Positions 36,903 through 46,300 of a stretch of 64,000 nt of DNA are shown one piece after another. The stretch spans positions 1,946 through 65,945 of the forward strand of contig JAPLIQ010000022.1 in NCBI GenBank assembly GCA_026389025.1, written 5' to 3'. The translations under genes and the position numbers were made by a program. Source of the DNA: Candidatus Babelota bacterium. GTDB taxonomy: Bacteria > Babelota > Babeliae > Babelales > Chromulinivoraceae. Each line of letters begins with the position of its first letter. Position 1 is the stretch's first letter. Below the pieces are notes generated by a model that saw only the letters and a list, made by a program, of their open reading frames with translations, was not told where the DNA came from and did not search any database.

Positions 36903-37738
36903 AGATGTTGAAAAAACAATGTTAAAAAAAACAAGAGTCCATTCACGGTTGCAATCGATCCTGCAATTGAAACATTGAAAAAATGGGCCACTATGCAACC
37001 GCTGACTGCAGCAATAAGTCCAAGCAGGCAAGCGGTGATCAGCATGTGTGATAATCGCTTTGTAAGCAAGTAAGCAGTTGCGGGTGGAATAATCATAAAG
37101 GCAACAACTAAGATTGCACCAGCGCACTCAAAAGCACCTACAATGGTAACGGCTGTAATGGTCATGAGTCCGTAATGAATTAAGTGCGGACGGTAACCGA
37201 GAAGCGTGCCATAGTCTTTATCAAAGGTTGCGATCTTTAACGCTGGATAAAGAGCTGCAATGGTGATGATGTTGACAGCTAAAATAAGAGACATGGTCCA
37301 GATTGAGTAAGGTCCAACATCTTTTCCCCATAGCGTTAAACTATGAAATGGTGCAAATGAAAGTTCGCCGAGCAGTACAGCATCAATATCGATATGAATT
37401 GTGCTTGCGTACAAATTAATTAAAATAATGGCGATAGAAAATAACAGTGGAAAAACAATTCCAATGACAGCGTCAGGTTTGAGCCGTTTGCTGTAAATGA
37501 GCAGTTCTATAAAAGCCACCATGACAATTCCTGTAAGCGTTGCTCCTACAAAAATCAAAGGAGAATGCAGATTGCCTACGATAAAAAATGAAAGAACAAT
37601 GCCGAGCAAAATAGCATGGCCAAGCGCATCACTCATCAAACTTGTACCACGTAAAATTAAAAATGTTCCAGGCAGGGCGCAAGATGCAGCAACCAGAAGT
37701 GCAGTTACAAGCAGTTGTAGATAAATAATATTTATCAT
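36893..37738 (-). CDS. metal (Mn/Zn/Fe) ABC transporter permease, TroD/YtgD-like
   Basis: 281 aa, ABC-3 family-like multi-TM protein (MSDALGHAILLGIV). Last gene of the SBP-ATPase-permease-permease operon. Confidence 0.8.
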   Translation of the reverse strand: MINIIYLQLLVTALLVAASCALPGTFLILRGTSLMSDALGHAILLGIVLSFFIVGNLHSPLIFVGATLTGIVMVAFIELLIYSKRLKPDAVIGIVFPLLFSIAIILINLYASTIHIDIDAVLLGELSFAPFHSLTLWGKDVGPYSIWTMSLILAVNIITIAALYPALKIATFDKDYGTLLGYRPHLIHYGLMTITAVTIVGAFECAGAILVVAFMIIPPATAYLLTKRLSHMLITACLLGLIAAVSGCIVAHFFNVSIAGSIATVNGLLFFLTLFFQHLKK

Positions 37739-38874
37739 GATTGCCCTTTATGATGCTCTATTGCCCAAGCAAATCCTTTTGGGGTGAGTCGGAAAAAGTT
37801 TTTTCCTGTCGACTCAATCAAACCTTGTTTTTCAAGATAAAGCAGCGTTGCTTTTGTGCCTTTTTTCCCAATGACTTGAAGGGCTTTGATGTCATGCGGA
37901 TGATATGGATCCGTTTTACTTTCATTAAAAAGCATAAAATGTGAAAGCATTTTTAATGCATGAATTTTTCTGACTTGTGATTTTTTTGCAAGCCACTGTG
38001 TCAGTACTCCACGCGGAGCGATCAGAATTGATAGAAAAGTAACAAGTGTGGCAATGACCACAATGGTTGGGCCCGTTGGCAAGTGAACTACTGCGCTACT
38101 TAAAAGTGTTCCAGATATTGTCGAAAATATGGCAAAGCATGAGCTTAAAAAAATCATTGTTGAAAAATTTTGAGTCCATTGACGAGCTGCTGCGGCAGGT
38201 GCAATGAGTAGTGCACTGATTAAAATAACGCCAACAGTTTGCAGGCCAACAACGATAGTAAGCATAGTGGTCATGGTCAAAAGCATAGAGATTTTCTGAG
38301 TTGGAACGCCGATAGCTTGAGCGTAATCTGGGTTAAATAAAAAAATCTTATACTCGCTAAAAAATAGTTTTAAGCAGATGAGACTTACTACCATGACGGC
38401 TACGATCATATAAAAATCGCTGTATAAAATCGTTGATGCGTTACCGAGTAAATATTTTGCAATGCCGGCTTGATGAGCTGTCGGGTATGTTTGAATTTTA
38501 CTAAGCAACATAGTGCCAAGTCCAAACGAAGTCGCAAGCACTATGCCAAGAGCAGTATCTTTTTTAAGCGTGCTGTGCTCGGTAATATAATTAATTGCCA
38601 TAGCTCCAATGCTGGCAGAAATAATGCCTCCGAGTAAAAGTATGCACGGTAGCTTGCTGCCTGTGAGTAAAAAAATTCCAGCAATACCTGGAAGCGTTGC
38701 ATGAGCAATCGTATCACCAAACAAGCTTTTTCTTTGAAGTAGCACAAAGCAGCCCATGATTCCAGAACTGATGGCAAGAAGTCCGGTTCCGCAAAGAATT
38801 AAAAGTAGTGTTTGATCAAATTGAATCATTGACGTCATCATTAAAAAGATTAGGTGCGCAAAAAGTGAGAGCAA
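37735..38874 (-). CDS. metal ABC permease fused to a C-terminal DtxR/MntR-type winged-helix domain (YtgC-YtgR-like)
   Basis: ABC-3 permease body (FGDTIAHATLPGIAG). An extra ~85 aa follows the last TM: ...IHALKMLSHFML...TKATLLYLEKQGLIESTGKNFFRLTPKGFAWAIEHHKG. The track start at 38874 is TTG; ATGs at 38841 and 38829 are alternatives. Confidence 0.75.
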   Translation of the reverse strand: MLSLFAHLIFLMMTSMIQFDQTLLLILCGTGLLAISSGIMGCFVLLQRKSLFGDTIAHATLPGIAGIFLLTGSKLPCILLLGGIISASIGAMAINYITEHSTLKKDTALGIVLATSFGLGTMLLSKIQTYPTAHQAGIAKYLLGNASTILYSDFYMIVAVMVVSLICLKLFFSEYKIFLFNPDYAQAIGVPTQKISMLLTMTTMLTIVVGLQTVGVILISALLIAPAAAARQWTQNFSTMIFLSSCFAIFSTISGTLLSSAVVHLPTGPTIVVIATLVTFLSILIAPRGVLTQWLAKKSQVRKIHALKMLSHFMLFNESKTDPYHPHDIKALQVIGKKGTKATLLYLEKQGLIESTGKNFFRLTPKGFAWAIEHHKGQS

Positions 38875-39571
38875 TATTTTCAGGCGTTAAAACTGTTTGC
38901 GTTGGTCCTAAAGCGATATGTTTTATATTCATCAAAAAGGTCCAGTCAAAATATTTTTTTACCGTAGTTATATCATGATGCACGACAATAATTGTTTTGC
39001 CTTGACTGCGTAGCTGTTGTAAAAGTTTTAAAATGATTTGCTCTGTAACAATATCGATGCCTGCAAAGGGCTCATCTAAAATAAAAATATCAGCTTGCTG
39101 TGCAAGTGCCCTGGCAAGAAAAACTCGTTGTTGCTGTCCGCCAGAAAGCTGACTTATGTGCCTGGTAGCAAACTGATCCATGTTGACCATTTCTAAAGCT
39201 TGCTGAGCAATTTCTCTATCTTTTGCAGTAGGGCGTCCAAACAGTGAAAGATGTCCATAGCGACCCATGAGCACTACATCAAAGACATCGGTTGGAAATG
39301 ACCAATCAACAGAACTTTTCTGAGGAACATAAGCAATATTGTGTAGCTTTCGGTTGTAAGGCTGACCAAAAATTTTGATAGAACCAGTGGTTGGTTTAAT
39401 TATCCCAAGAATCGATTTGAGAAGCGTTGTTTTGCCGCTGCCATTGGGCCCAATGATGCCGAGTAAAGTTCCTTTTTCAGCAAAAAAATCAAGATCCCAA
39501 ATAACCGGTTTTTCATGATAAGCAACCGTGAGATCTTTGACAAAAATGGCATTGTTCTTTGGGTCAATCAT
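38816..39571 (-). CDS. metal ABC transporter ATP-binding protein (TroB/ZnuC/YtgB-like)
   Basis: Walker A GPNGSGKTT, signature LSGGQQQR, Walker B FILDEP. Confidence 0.9.
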   Translation of the reverse strand: MIDPKNNAIFVKDLTVAYHEKPVIWDLDFFAEKGTLLGIIGPNGSGKTTLLKSILGIIKPTTGSIKIFGQPYNRKLHNIAYVPQKSSVDWSFPTDVFDVVLMGRYGHLSLFGRPTAKDREIAQQALEMVNMDQFATRHISQLSGGQQQRVFLARALAQQADIFILDEPFAGIDIVTEQIILKLLQQLRSQGKTIIVVHHDITTVKKYFDWTFLMNIKHIALGPTQTVLTPENIALTFCAPNLFNDDVNDSI

Positions 39572-39604
39572 TGGAATTTTTGATTTGAGGATAGAAAAAT
39601 AAAC

Positions 39605-39633
39605 AACTATTCTAAGTATATCATGAAATAGTT
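39605..39633. promoter_or_regulatory. inverted repeat upstream of the ABC ATPase gene, candidate operator
   Basis: AACTATT-N15-AATAGTT, 34-62 nt upstream of the ATG at 39571. In sense orientation it brackets a TATACT -10-like hexamer. A 7-bp arm in AT-rich DNA could occur by chance. Confidence 0.25.
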
Positions 39634-39704
39634 TAATCGAGAAATTGGCTTTCTTTCTCCATGTAAGATTTACTTTTTTTAGAAAAACAAGTCACTGCGC
39701 TTTT

Positions 39705-39992
39705 CTATTTCTGAGCATTCTTGGACGCTCTCTTTGCAAACATTTCTATGAATTCTTGCTGTTGTTTGAAGACTATCTCTTGATATTGTCTTATAGCTTC
39801 TAACTCTTTAGCTAAATCGAGCCTTTTAGCTCTCTCATAATCGTCTTTTTCTTTTATGTACTCTAATAATATTTCAGGATCGAGAGGTCTTGGTTTTACC
39901 CACCCTAATTGGTCGTCCGAGCTTAACGATGCAAAAACAATTGAAGCATGCGCTATGCATAAGCAGATTAAAAATTTTTGTGTTTTTTTCAT
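39705..39992 (-). CDS. small secreted coiled-coil protein embedded in the metal ABC operon
   Basis: 95 aa. Signal peptide FLICLCIAHASIVFA. The start overlaps the SBP stop (TAATG), implying translational coupling. Confidence 0.5.
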   Translation of the reverse strand: MKKTQKFLICLCIAHASIVFASLSSDDQLGWVKPRPLDPEILLEYIKEKDDYERAKRLDLAKELEAIRQYQEIVFKQQQEFIEMFAKRASKNAQK

Positions 39993-40930
39993 TAACGTAG
40001 CAGTCCATGGACAATTGCATCAACGTTTGATTGCAGCATCCCAAGATAGGTGCCTTGCTCAGTACTCGGTGATCCTAGCGCATCTGAATAAAGTTCATCG
40101 CCAATGCACACATTAAAGCCCAGTGCGCTGACCCCTTGCTGTAAAGCTTGAATGTTACGAGATGGCACAGATGTTTCTACGAAAATAGTTGGAATTTTAT
40201 GCTTATAAATAAAATGGACAAGATGTTGAACGTCTTTTGTTCCGGCCTCGCTTGCAGTGCTAATGCCTTGCAGGCTTACAACTTTGCAATCGTATGCTTG
40301 CGCAAAGTATGAGAAAGCATCATGGCCTGTAATTAAAATTCGTCTTTTTAATGGAATTCTTTGGATATCAGCTCGCGTTGAAAAATAGAGGGCATTAAGT
40401 TTTTCTAAGAATTCTTTTTTATTTTCTTCATAAAAATCATGATGCTGTGGACTATTTTCTTGCAGCACGCATGTGATTGTTTCGATGGCGTAACTCCACA
40501 ACCGAGGATCAAACCAAACATGAGGATCGGTAAAATCTGCATGCTCTGTGGATTTAATTAAAAAGTCTTGTGGTATATCTTTAGTGACGGCAACTGTTTT
40601 TTTAATGGTAGCCATTTTAGCAAACAGCTCGCCCATACGAGCTTCCAGGTGCAGTCCATTGTAAAAAATAATATGAGCTTGAGAAATTTTATATACATCT
40701 TGCTCAATTGGTTTGTACAAATGAGGGTCAACACCTGGTCCCATTAAAATTTCAAGATCTATGGTGCCTTGTGCTATCTGTTTGATTGTATCACCAATGA
40801 TGGTTGTCGTGCATACAACAAGAGGCTTGGACGAAATCTTTGGAGTTTTATTTATAACGAAAAACCAAAAAGCAGCCACAAGAAAAATGAATATAATCGA
40901 TAGTGTTGCTGTTAGGTGTTTAAATTGCAT
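39992..40930 (-). CDS. metal-binding ABC substrate-binding protein (cluster A-I, TroA/ZnuA/YtgA-like)
   Basis: 312 aa with an N-terminal anchor. Motifs GVDPHLYKP, DPHVW and HDAFSYF are typical of TroA-family SBPs. Confidence 0.8.
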   Translation of the reverse strand: MQFKHLTATLSIIFIFLVAAFWFFVINKTPKISSKPLVVCTTTIIGDTIKQIAQGTIDLEILMGPGVDPHLYKPIEQDVYKISQAHIIFYNGLHLEARMGELFAKMATIKKTVAVTKDIPQDFLIKSTEHADFTDPHVWFDPRLWSYAIETITCVLQENSPQHHDFYEENKKEFLEKLNALYFSTRADIQRIPLKRRILITGHDAFSYFAQAYDCKVVSLQGISTASEAGTKDVQHLVHFIYKHKIPTIFVETSVPSRNIQALQQGVSALGFNVCIGDELYSDALGSPSTEQGTYLGMLQSNVDAIVHGLLR

Positions 40931-40942
40931 GATTGTTTTTTG

Positions 40943-41320
40943 CTAATTAAATCGAGTTTTAAAGTATTTCATGATGTCAGCGCTTTCAAGCATTTTTTTT
41001 GATAGGGGTTCATCGTGCAGGAAAGGAACTTGGCTGTCGCCGCTTAAAGCTACTAGATCTTTGTAATTTTGAGGTTGACTAGCATCAAGTACCACAACTT
41101 TATCTATGTGACCAATCTGTTTTAAGAAATTAATAACTTTGTGGCAATAGGGACAATTTTTGAAAACGTATAATTTAACAGACATGGTTGGCTCCTCAGC
41201 TCGTGCCTTACTTGCTGTAGCTAAAAATATACCACTGCAAATGAGTGCTACAAAAAAGAATTTATTCAAGAGAGTTCCTTGCGTTTGGAATGTATCAATA
41301 TCTTTACCGTAGCATGGCAA
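40943..41320 (-). CDS. glutaredoxin-like CPYC thiol-disulfide protein, start and localisation ambiguous
   Basis: VKLYVFKNCPYCHKV is a glutaredoxin/NrdH-type active site. The long form carries a signal peptide (NKFFFVALICSGIFLATASKARA). The internal ATG at 41185 has a GAGGAG SD. Confidence 0.65.
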   Translation of the reverse strand: MPCYGKDIDTFQTQGTLLNKFFFVALICSGIFLATASKARAEEPTMSVKLYVFKNCPYCHKVINFLKQIGHIDKVVVLDASQPQNYKDLVALSGDSQVPFLHDEPLSKKMLESADIMKYFKTRFN

Positions 41321-41330
41321 TTTTTAGTGG

Positions 41331-42704
41331 TCAAGAAGCAGCGGGAAGATGCCCTTTATAAGCAGAATCATTGGTGTGCATATTGATAGAAGCGGGCAGT
41401 TGCAGTTTCTTTTTTTGTTCAAGCATGAACAATCGTCGAATCTCTCTCCATTCATATTCAGCAATATTTATAGCGCCATACACCTTTTGATTGTAGATAT
41501 TAATGTTGTAATCATCGGGAACAAACTTTGAAGCATGGTGCGTCATGTGTTTTAACAATGCGGTATCTATGAAAGGAAATTTTGCTCTAAAATGTTTTTT
41601 GTAGGTGTGATATGGCATGAATTCAATCGTATTAAATTGAGGTTTAATGTGAGCAACAAGATCACGTGGCGTATCTGGGTTTATTTGAATATATTTTAAG
41701 AAAATAGGTAAAAACGTTAAAACTGGCAGAGGCTGAAGTGGAAACGTTGTGCGATAGGTTAAAATAGTCCAACCCATAAACCATAGTTCAAAATGTCCTG
41801 GATCATAGTTAAGTTCTTTAAAGTGTTTTCTGAGAGCTTTTGGATCTTGCGGCAACTGATCAAAAACATACTTATCTGATTTTGGTTCATATTCTGTAAT
41901 TTTAATTCTGATCTGAGTTAGTTTTTCAGGCAATGTAAAATTGCGACGCTTTGAAAATTTCTTTCGTGAAAAAAATCTTTTAAACGAAAAGAAATCAAGA
42001 GTCTGAACTTGATCTGCTCGAGAATAAAAATTATAAACCTTTTTAAAGATTGGGCTGTTGATTAAATAATCTGTTTCGACTTGGATCGGTGTTCCAATTA
42101 ATAATAACTCGTCAATGCTAAATTGTTTCGATATTGGTTTGGTTGTGTGCAGTGCGCCAAGCTGAAGTGCAAGGTTGCCGCCATGGCTATAACCGATAAG
42201 TCTTATTTTTGGTGTAAAGCCTTCACTGATAAGTTTTTTGATTAATGCTTCAAGGTCTTGATGCAAAAATGCTGATTCAAGGTATCGGAGTTTATTACTG
42301 ACCAGCCCACTCCAACCAAAAGTATAATATTGATTAGACGCAGGGTTTCCCGCCTGTTTTGAAACTTCTTCAAATGAAGCAGCTAAGATAGGTGCTGCGG
42401 CGTTATTGTGTGGATGATCAATATCAATTCTATGCAAACCGAGTCCAGCTATTGCTTGGTTTTTATAAAAGAATGGATCTCGACGATTAATTTCAGTTGA
42501 TCGATAATACACTGATTCCTCGATTGAATCAGTGAGCATTTTTATAATATTTTGAAAGTTAAGATGTGGGCGCAGTGAAAACGATCCATGAATAAAAACG
42601 GTAACCCAAAGATCTTTGCCCTCAGTTGTCTTAGCATCTTTCAAGGCGTTGATACTCTTTTGGCTAGCCAGTAATAATAAAATAAACAATTTTGCATTAT
42701 TCAT
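41331..42704 (-). CDS. secreted alpha/beta-hydrolase (lipase/esterase-like)
   Basis: Signal peptide. VFIHGSF and nucleophile elbow GYSHGGN (GxSxG). Confidence 0.55.
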   Translation of the reverse strand: MNNAKLFILLLLASQKSINALKDAKTTEGKDLWVTVFIHGSFSLRPHLNFQNIIKMLTDSIEESVYYRSTEINRRDPFFYKNQAIAGLGLHRIDIDHPHNNAAAPILAASFEEVSKQAGNPASNQYYTFGWSGLVSNKLRYLESAFLHQDLEALIKKLISEGFTPKIRLIGYSHGGNLALQLGALHTTKPISKQFSIDELLLIGTPIQVETDYLINSPIFKKVYNFYSRADQVQTLDFFSFKRFFSRKKFSKRRNFTLPEKLTQIRIKITEYEPKSDKYVFDQLPQDPKALRKHFKELNYDPGHFELWFMGWTILTYRTTFPLQPLPVLTFLPIFLKYIQINPDTPRDLVAHIKPQFNTIEFMPYHTYKKHFRAKFPFIDTALLKHMTHHASKFVPDDYNINIYNQKVYGAINIAEYEWREIRRLFMLEQKKKLQLPASINMHTNDSAYKGHLPAAS

Positions 42705-42785
42705 ATTTTGCCTGTTTTAAAAGGGTCTTTACGATAATTATTTTTACTAAACTTATTTTTACTATACATAGCCATCACTTGAAAT

Positions 42786-44174
42786 TTAAAGAGAAAGTTG
42801 TTTTTTTGTCCAAACAATAACGTATGCACAGATATAGCCACCTAAAGAGAGCGCTAAAGGAATCACATCTTTCATGATCAAACTCATTGGGAAGTATTGC
42901 ACCCCGATAAGTCCTATAATTCCAAACAGTACTGAAGTCCACGCTGCTTGTTTGTACAGTGACGTTGCAAAATATGCAATCACAGTCGGCACAAAAAGAC
43001 AGATGACAGAAATGCGGTAACTATTTTCTAAGATATATAAAATATCTCCACTCATGTAAAAAGACATTATGAGTGCACTGATTCCAATTAAAAATGAAAT
43101 AAATCTGGTTGTTGTTAATTTGTGATTTTCAAGCGGCAAAAATGCGCTAAAATCCTGTACAACGTTTGAACTGATTGCGCACAAAAGAGAGCTTGCTGTT
43201 GAAGTAATTGCCGCCATGATGCCACACATTGCAAGCATAAAAACTGTTTTGCTTGATATGAAAAAAAGAGTGGCAACCAGTGGGCTTCCACCGTCTGGAA
43301 TAATAAGATGTTTTATTTTTGCAAGTATGCCATAAAAGATTGGAATGATGGAAAAAGCTATTAAAAATAAGCCAGCAAGCAAAGCAGAAATTGTTGCTGT
43401 TGCACGTGTCTTAGCCGCAAATAATTTTTGAGCCAAATCTTGTTCAATTAAAGCAAAAAGAGTTGGAATAAAAAGTATAGGCAAAAAGCTCCATAAATCA
43501 GGTTTAACGTCAAAGAAGTAGTCCTGAATCAGAGCTAGCCTTGGCAGGTTTGTCATAGTTGAAGCTGCAGAACGCATGGAGAAAAATGAAAATGAAAAAA
43601 TACCTGAAATGAAAAGCACTTGTACAATGTCAACAATGACAATTGAATGAAGACCGCCAAGCATGCTGTAAAAAATGAGAAACATCCAGCAACTGATTAA
43701 GACGTAAGGATCTGTGATTTTAAGACCGAGGAACAGTGATTTTGATGCAACAATTTGCGCGAGTAAAATACCCCATAAGCTCACAATAGAAAGCGTTGAA
43801 GCAATAAGTTTTAAATAATATGAACCATAAATAGTTTCAAAAATTTCGGCTGTTGTGTTCACGTTTAAAGCTCGCATACGCGATGCCAGGCCAAGGCCTA
43901 AAATAATAAAACCAAGACTCATGCCTATGGAATACAGCAGCCCCCAAAAGCCAACATGATATGCTCGGTACGCAGTTCCCAGGATCATACCGCTGCCAAG
44001 TTGGCTTGCGATAAGCGCAAAGGTTAATTTGAAAACACCAAGGTTTCTATCAGCTAAAAAATAATTTTGAAGCGTTCTGACGCCACGCGCAGACCAAATG
44101 CCTAAAGCAAGATAAAAAAGAGCTAGGCCAGTTAAGATAGAAAAAAATAAACTTTGATCAATAATCATATTCAT
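42786..44174 (-). CDS. sodium:solute symporter family transporter
   Basis: 462 aa, about 12-13 TM segments. SSF-like N-terminal region (FLADRNLGVF...ASQLGSGMILG). Confidence 0.6.
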   Translation of the reverse strand: MNMIIDQSLFFSILTGLALFYLALGIWSARGVRTLQNYFLADRNLGVFKLTFALIASQLGSGMILGTAYRAYHVGFWGLLYSIGMSLGFIILGLGLASRMRALNVNTTAEIFETIYGSYYLKLIASTLSIVSLWGILLAQIVASKSLFLGLKITDPYVLISCWMFLIFYSMLGGLHSIVIVDIVQVLFISGIFSFSFFSMRSAASTMTNLPRLALIQDYFFDVKPDLWSFLPILFIPTLFALIEQDLAQKLFAAKTRATATISALLAGLFLIAFSIIPIFYGILAKIKHLIIPDGGSPLVATLFFISSKTVFMLAMCGIMAAITSTASSLLCAISSNVVQDFSAFLPLENHKLTTTRFISFLIGISALIMSFYMSGDILYILENSYRISVICLFVPTVIAYFATSLYKQAAWTSVLFGIIGLIGVQYFPMSLIMKDVIPLALSLGGYICAYVIVWTKKQLSL

Positions 44175-44209
44175 TACTTTTGGTTAAGGGTTAATAGTTT
44201 TTAAACGTT

Positions 44210-44959
44210 TTATTGTTTGCTAAAATTAAGCAATGTTTCCACATCTAATTCATCGTAGCCTTCAATGATGTGATCTGCATGAGCAATTGCATTACGATCA
44301 AGACCAGTATTAATGCCGATGCAAAACATGCCAGCAGCTTTTGCCGCAGTAATTCCATGAGCTGAATCTTCGATTGCAAGACAATCTTTTGGATCTATGT
44401 TGAGCTGCGCTGCTGCATGAAGATAAATGTCAGGAAACGGTTTGTACATTCTATTGACGATGTCGATTGAATAAATGTGATGCTTGAAAAATTGATCGAG
44501 TGGTACATGTTTTAAAATTCTATCAACAGACCTTTGATTAGCGTTTGTTGCAATTGCTGTTTTGAGACCTAAAGTTTCTAGTTTATTATGAAAGCGGTCA
44601 AAGCCTTCGATAAGTTGTGCTTCTTTTGAAAATCTTCCAAAAGCAAGGCGTTCTTTTTCAGCGATAAGTTCTTCGACTGATTCTTTGGTGTTAAAGGTTT
44701 CTTTGATAAAAGCGCATGTCGCATACAAAGAAGCTCCTTTCATCATGGGCATAACGATTTGGCATTCTTGGTCGCTTAAATTACCTTTGGCTTTCAGCAG
44801 TTGCTTAGTTGTTTCTTCCCACACACTTTCTGTGGTTATAATAGTGCCATCCATATCAAAAATCATTGCTTTGTATTTCACTTCTAATCCTTTTTTGTTA
44901 TCCCGGATATCCAACATTAAATTGGCCATTTGTGTTGCTGTACAATGCGTATAGATCAT
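44210..44959 (-). CDS. HAD-superfamily hydrolase (beta-phosphoglucomutase-like subfamily IA)
   Basis: Motif I FDMDGTII, motif II ATNA, and motif III/IV K...EDSAHG. The true start may be an internal Met. Confidence 0.75.
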   Translation of the reverse strand: MIYTHCTATQMANLMLDIRDNKKGLEVKYKAMIFDMDGTIITTESVWEETTKQLLKAKGNLSDQECQIVMPMMKGASLYATCAFIKETFNTKESVEELIAEKERLAFGRFSKEAQLIEGFDRFHNKLETLGLKTAIATNANQRSVDRILKHVPLDQFFKHHIYSIDIVNRMYKPFPDIYLHAAAQLNIDPKDCLAIEDSAHGITAAKAAGMFCIGINTGLDRNAIAHADHIIEGYDELDVETLLNFSKQ

Positions 44960-45008
44960 AGTACAATTATGATAAGAAATAGATTATCATAAAAATAAGT
45001 AAAGCTTT

Positions 45009-45635
45009 ATGAAAAAAAATCTAAAAATTTTTCCAGTCTTTTTTTTAACTCTTTGTGCTCGACTTGTACCATTTAATTGGATTATCGGATCAGTTCACGC
45101 AACCTTTTCAATGTCTTCCATGGTTGCCCCGGTTATCGCTCAACATTATGGTCTAAGTTGGGTCTCTTTATTTTTTCTCTCGATAAGTATATTTTCAACT
45201 TCATCACTTTTATTGTTCTTCGTTCACAGAACGCCACTTCTTTTTGCAAGCAGAGCATTTCAAAAACGTGAAATTACAACATCAATAATACTTCCAGCCA
45301 TATGCATGATCTTGTTTGTGAGTCATGATGTTGGACACGTTGCATGGTGCTACTCATTGTACTGGTTGATTCCTATGGCGCTTTTTTTTACAAAAGACTG
45401 CAAATATAGCCGTGCACTCGGCGCATCGTTTGTTGCTCACGGCGTTGGTTCAGTTGTTTGGCTGTATACCCACGCCATACCTGCACCGATTTGGATTGGT
45501 TTAATGCCCGTTGTTTTGTGTGAACGGTTACTCATTGCTGGTGGCATAATTGCTTTTGATTTCGGTCTGACGTATGCGAAACAATTTAATTTTAAAAATT
45601 GGTTTACGCTTGCTCGATTGCAGGGGGAAGCATGA
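45009..45635 (+). CDS. hypothetical multi-pass membrane protein, translationally coupled to uppS
   Basis: 208 aa, about 6 TM segments. The stop overlaps the uppS ATG (ATGA). Confidence 0.5.
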   Translation: MKKNLKIFPVFFLTLCARLVPFNWIIGSVHATFSMSSMVAPVIAQHYGLSWVSLFFLSISIFSTSSLLLFFVHRTPLLFASRAFQKREITTSIILPAICMILFVSHDVGHVAWCYSLYWLIPMALFFTKDCKYSRALGASFVAHGVGSVVWLYTHAIPAPIWIGLMPVVLCERLLIAGGIIAFDFGLTYAKQFNFKNWFTLARLQGEA

Positions 45636-46300
45636 TTTCTCATCTCGGTTTGATTATGGATGGAAATCGTCGCTGGGCAAAAAATCAAGGTATGTTTCCT
45701 TGGTTAGGGCATAGACAGGGTGCAAAAACTGTTGAAATGGTTATTGCATACTGCATTGAGCAAAAAATTTCTTATGTTTCTTTGTACACTTTTTCTCTTG
45801 AAAATTTTAAACGATCGCAAACTGAAATTTCTTATCTTTTTGCTTTGATCGATGAGTCGCAATCGCGCATTCAAGAATTTGTAAAACTGGGAGTTAGGGT
45901 CAGATTTGTTGGGGATCTTTCAGCTCTACCTGAGCAAACGAAAAACGTTTGTTTAAAGATAGAAGAGGCTACTGCAGAGTGCGCAATTCTACAATGTAAT
46001 TTTTTGATGTGTTATGGCGGGCAGCAAGAAATTCTTTCCGCTGTGCAACGGTTGATCCAGGACAAGGTAGAAACTGTAACGATAGATACTTTCAAGAAGT
46101 ATCTATGGCTTGGCGATATCCCTGATCCTGAAGTTATTATTCGGACTGGTGGAGTGCATCGTTTAAGTAACTTTTTATCGTTTCAGTCGGCGTATGCAGA
46201 GATTAATTTTTTAGATTGTTTGTGGCCAGATTTGACCAAAGAGCTACTTCATCAAACTCTTGAGCAAGCTGTTCAAGCAAAGAAAAACTTCGGATCTTAA
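45632..46300 (+). CDS. uppS: undecaprenyl diphosphate synthase
   Basis: HLGLIMDGNRRWA, RTGG..RLSNFL. Start at the ATG at 45632 after GGGGGAAG. Confidence 0.9.
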   Translation: MISHLGLIMDGNRRWAKNQGMFPWLGHRQGAKTVEMVIAYCIEQKISYVSLYTFSLENFKRSQTEISYLFALIDESQSRIQEFVKLGVRVRFVGDLSALPEQTKNVCLKIEEATAECAILQCNFLMCYGGQQEILSAVQRLIQDKVETVTIDTFKKYLWLGDIPDPEVIIRTGGVHRLSNFLSFQSAYAEINFLDCLWPDLTKELLHQTLEQAVQAKKNFGS

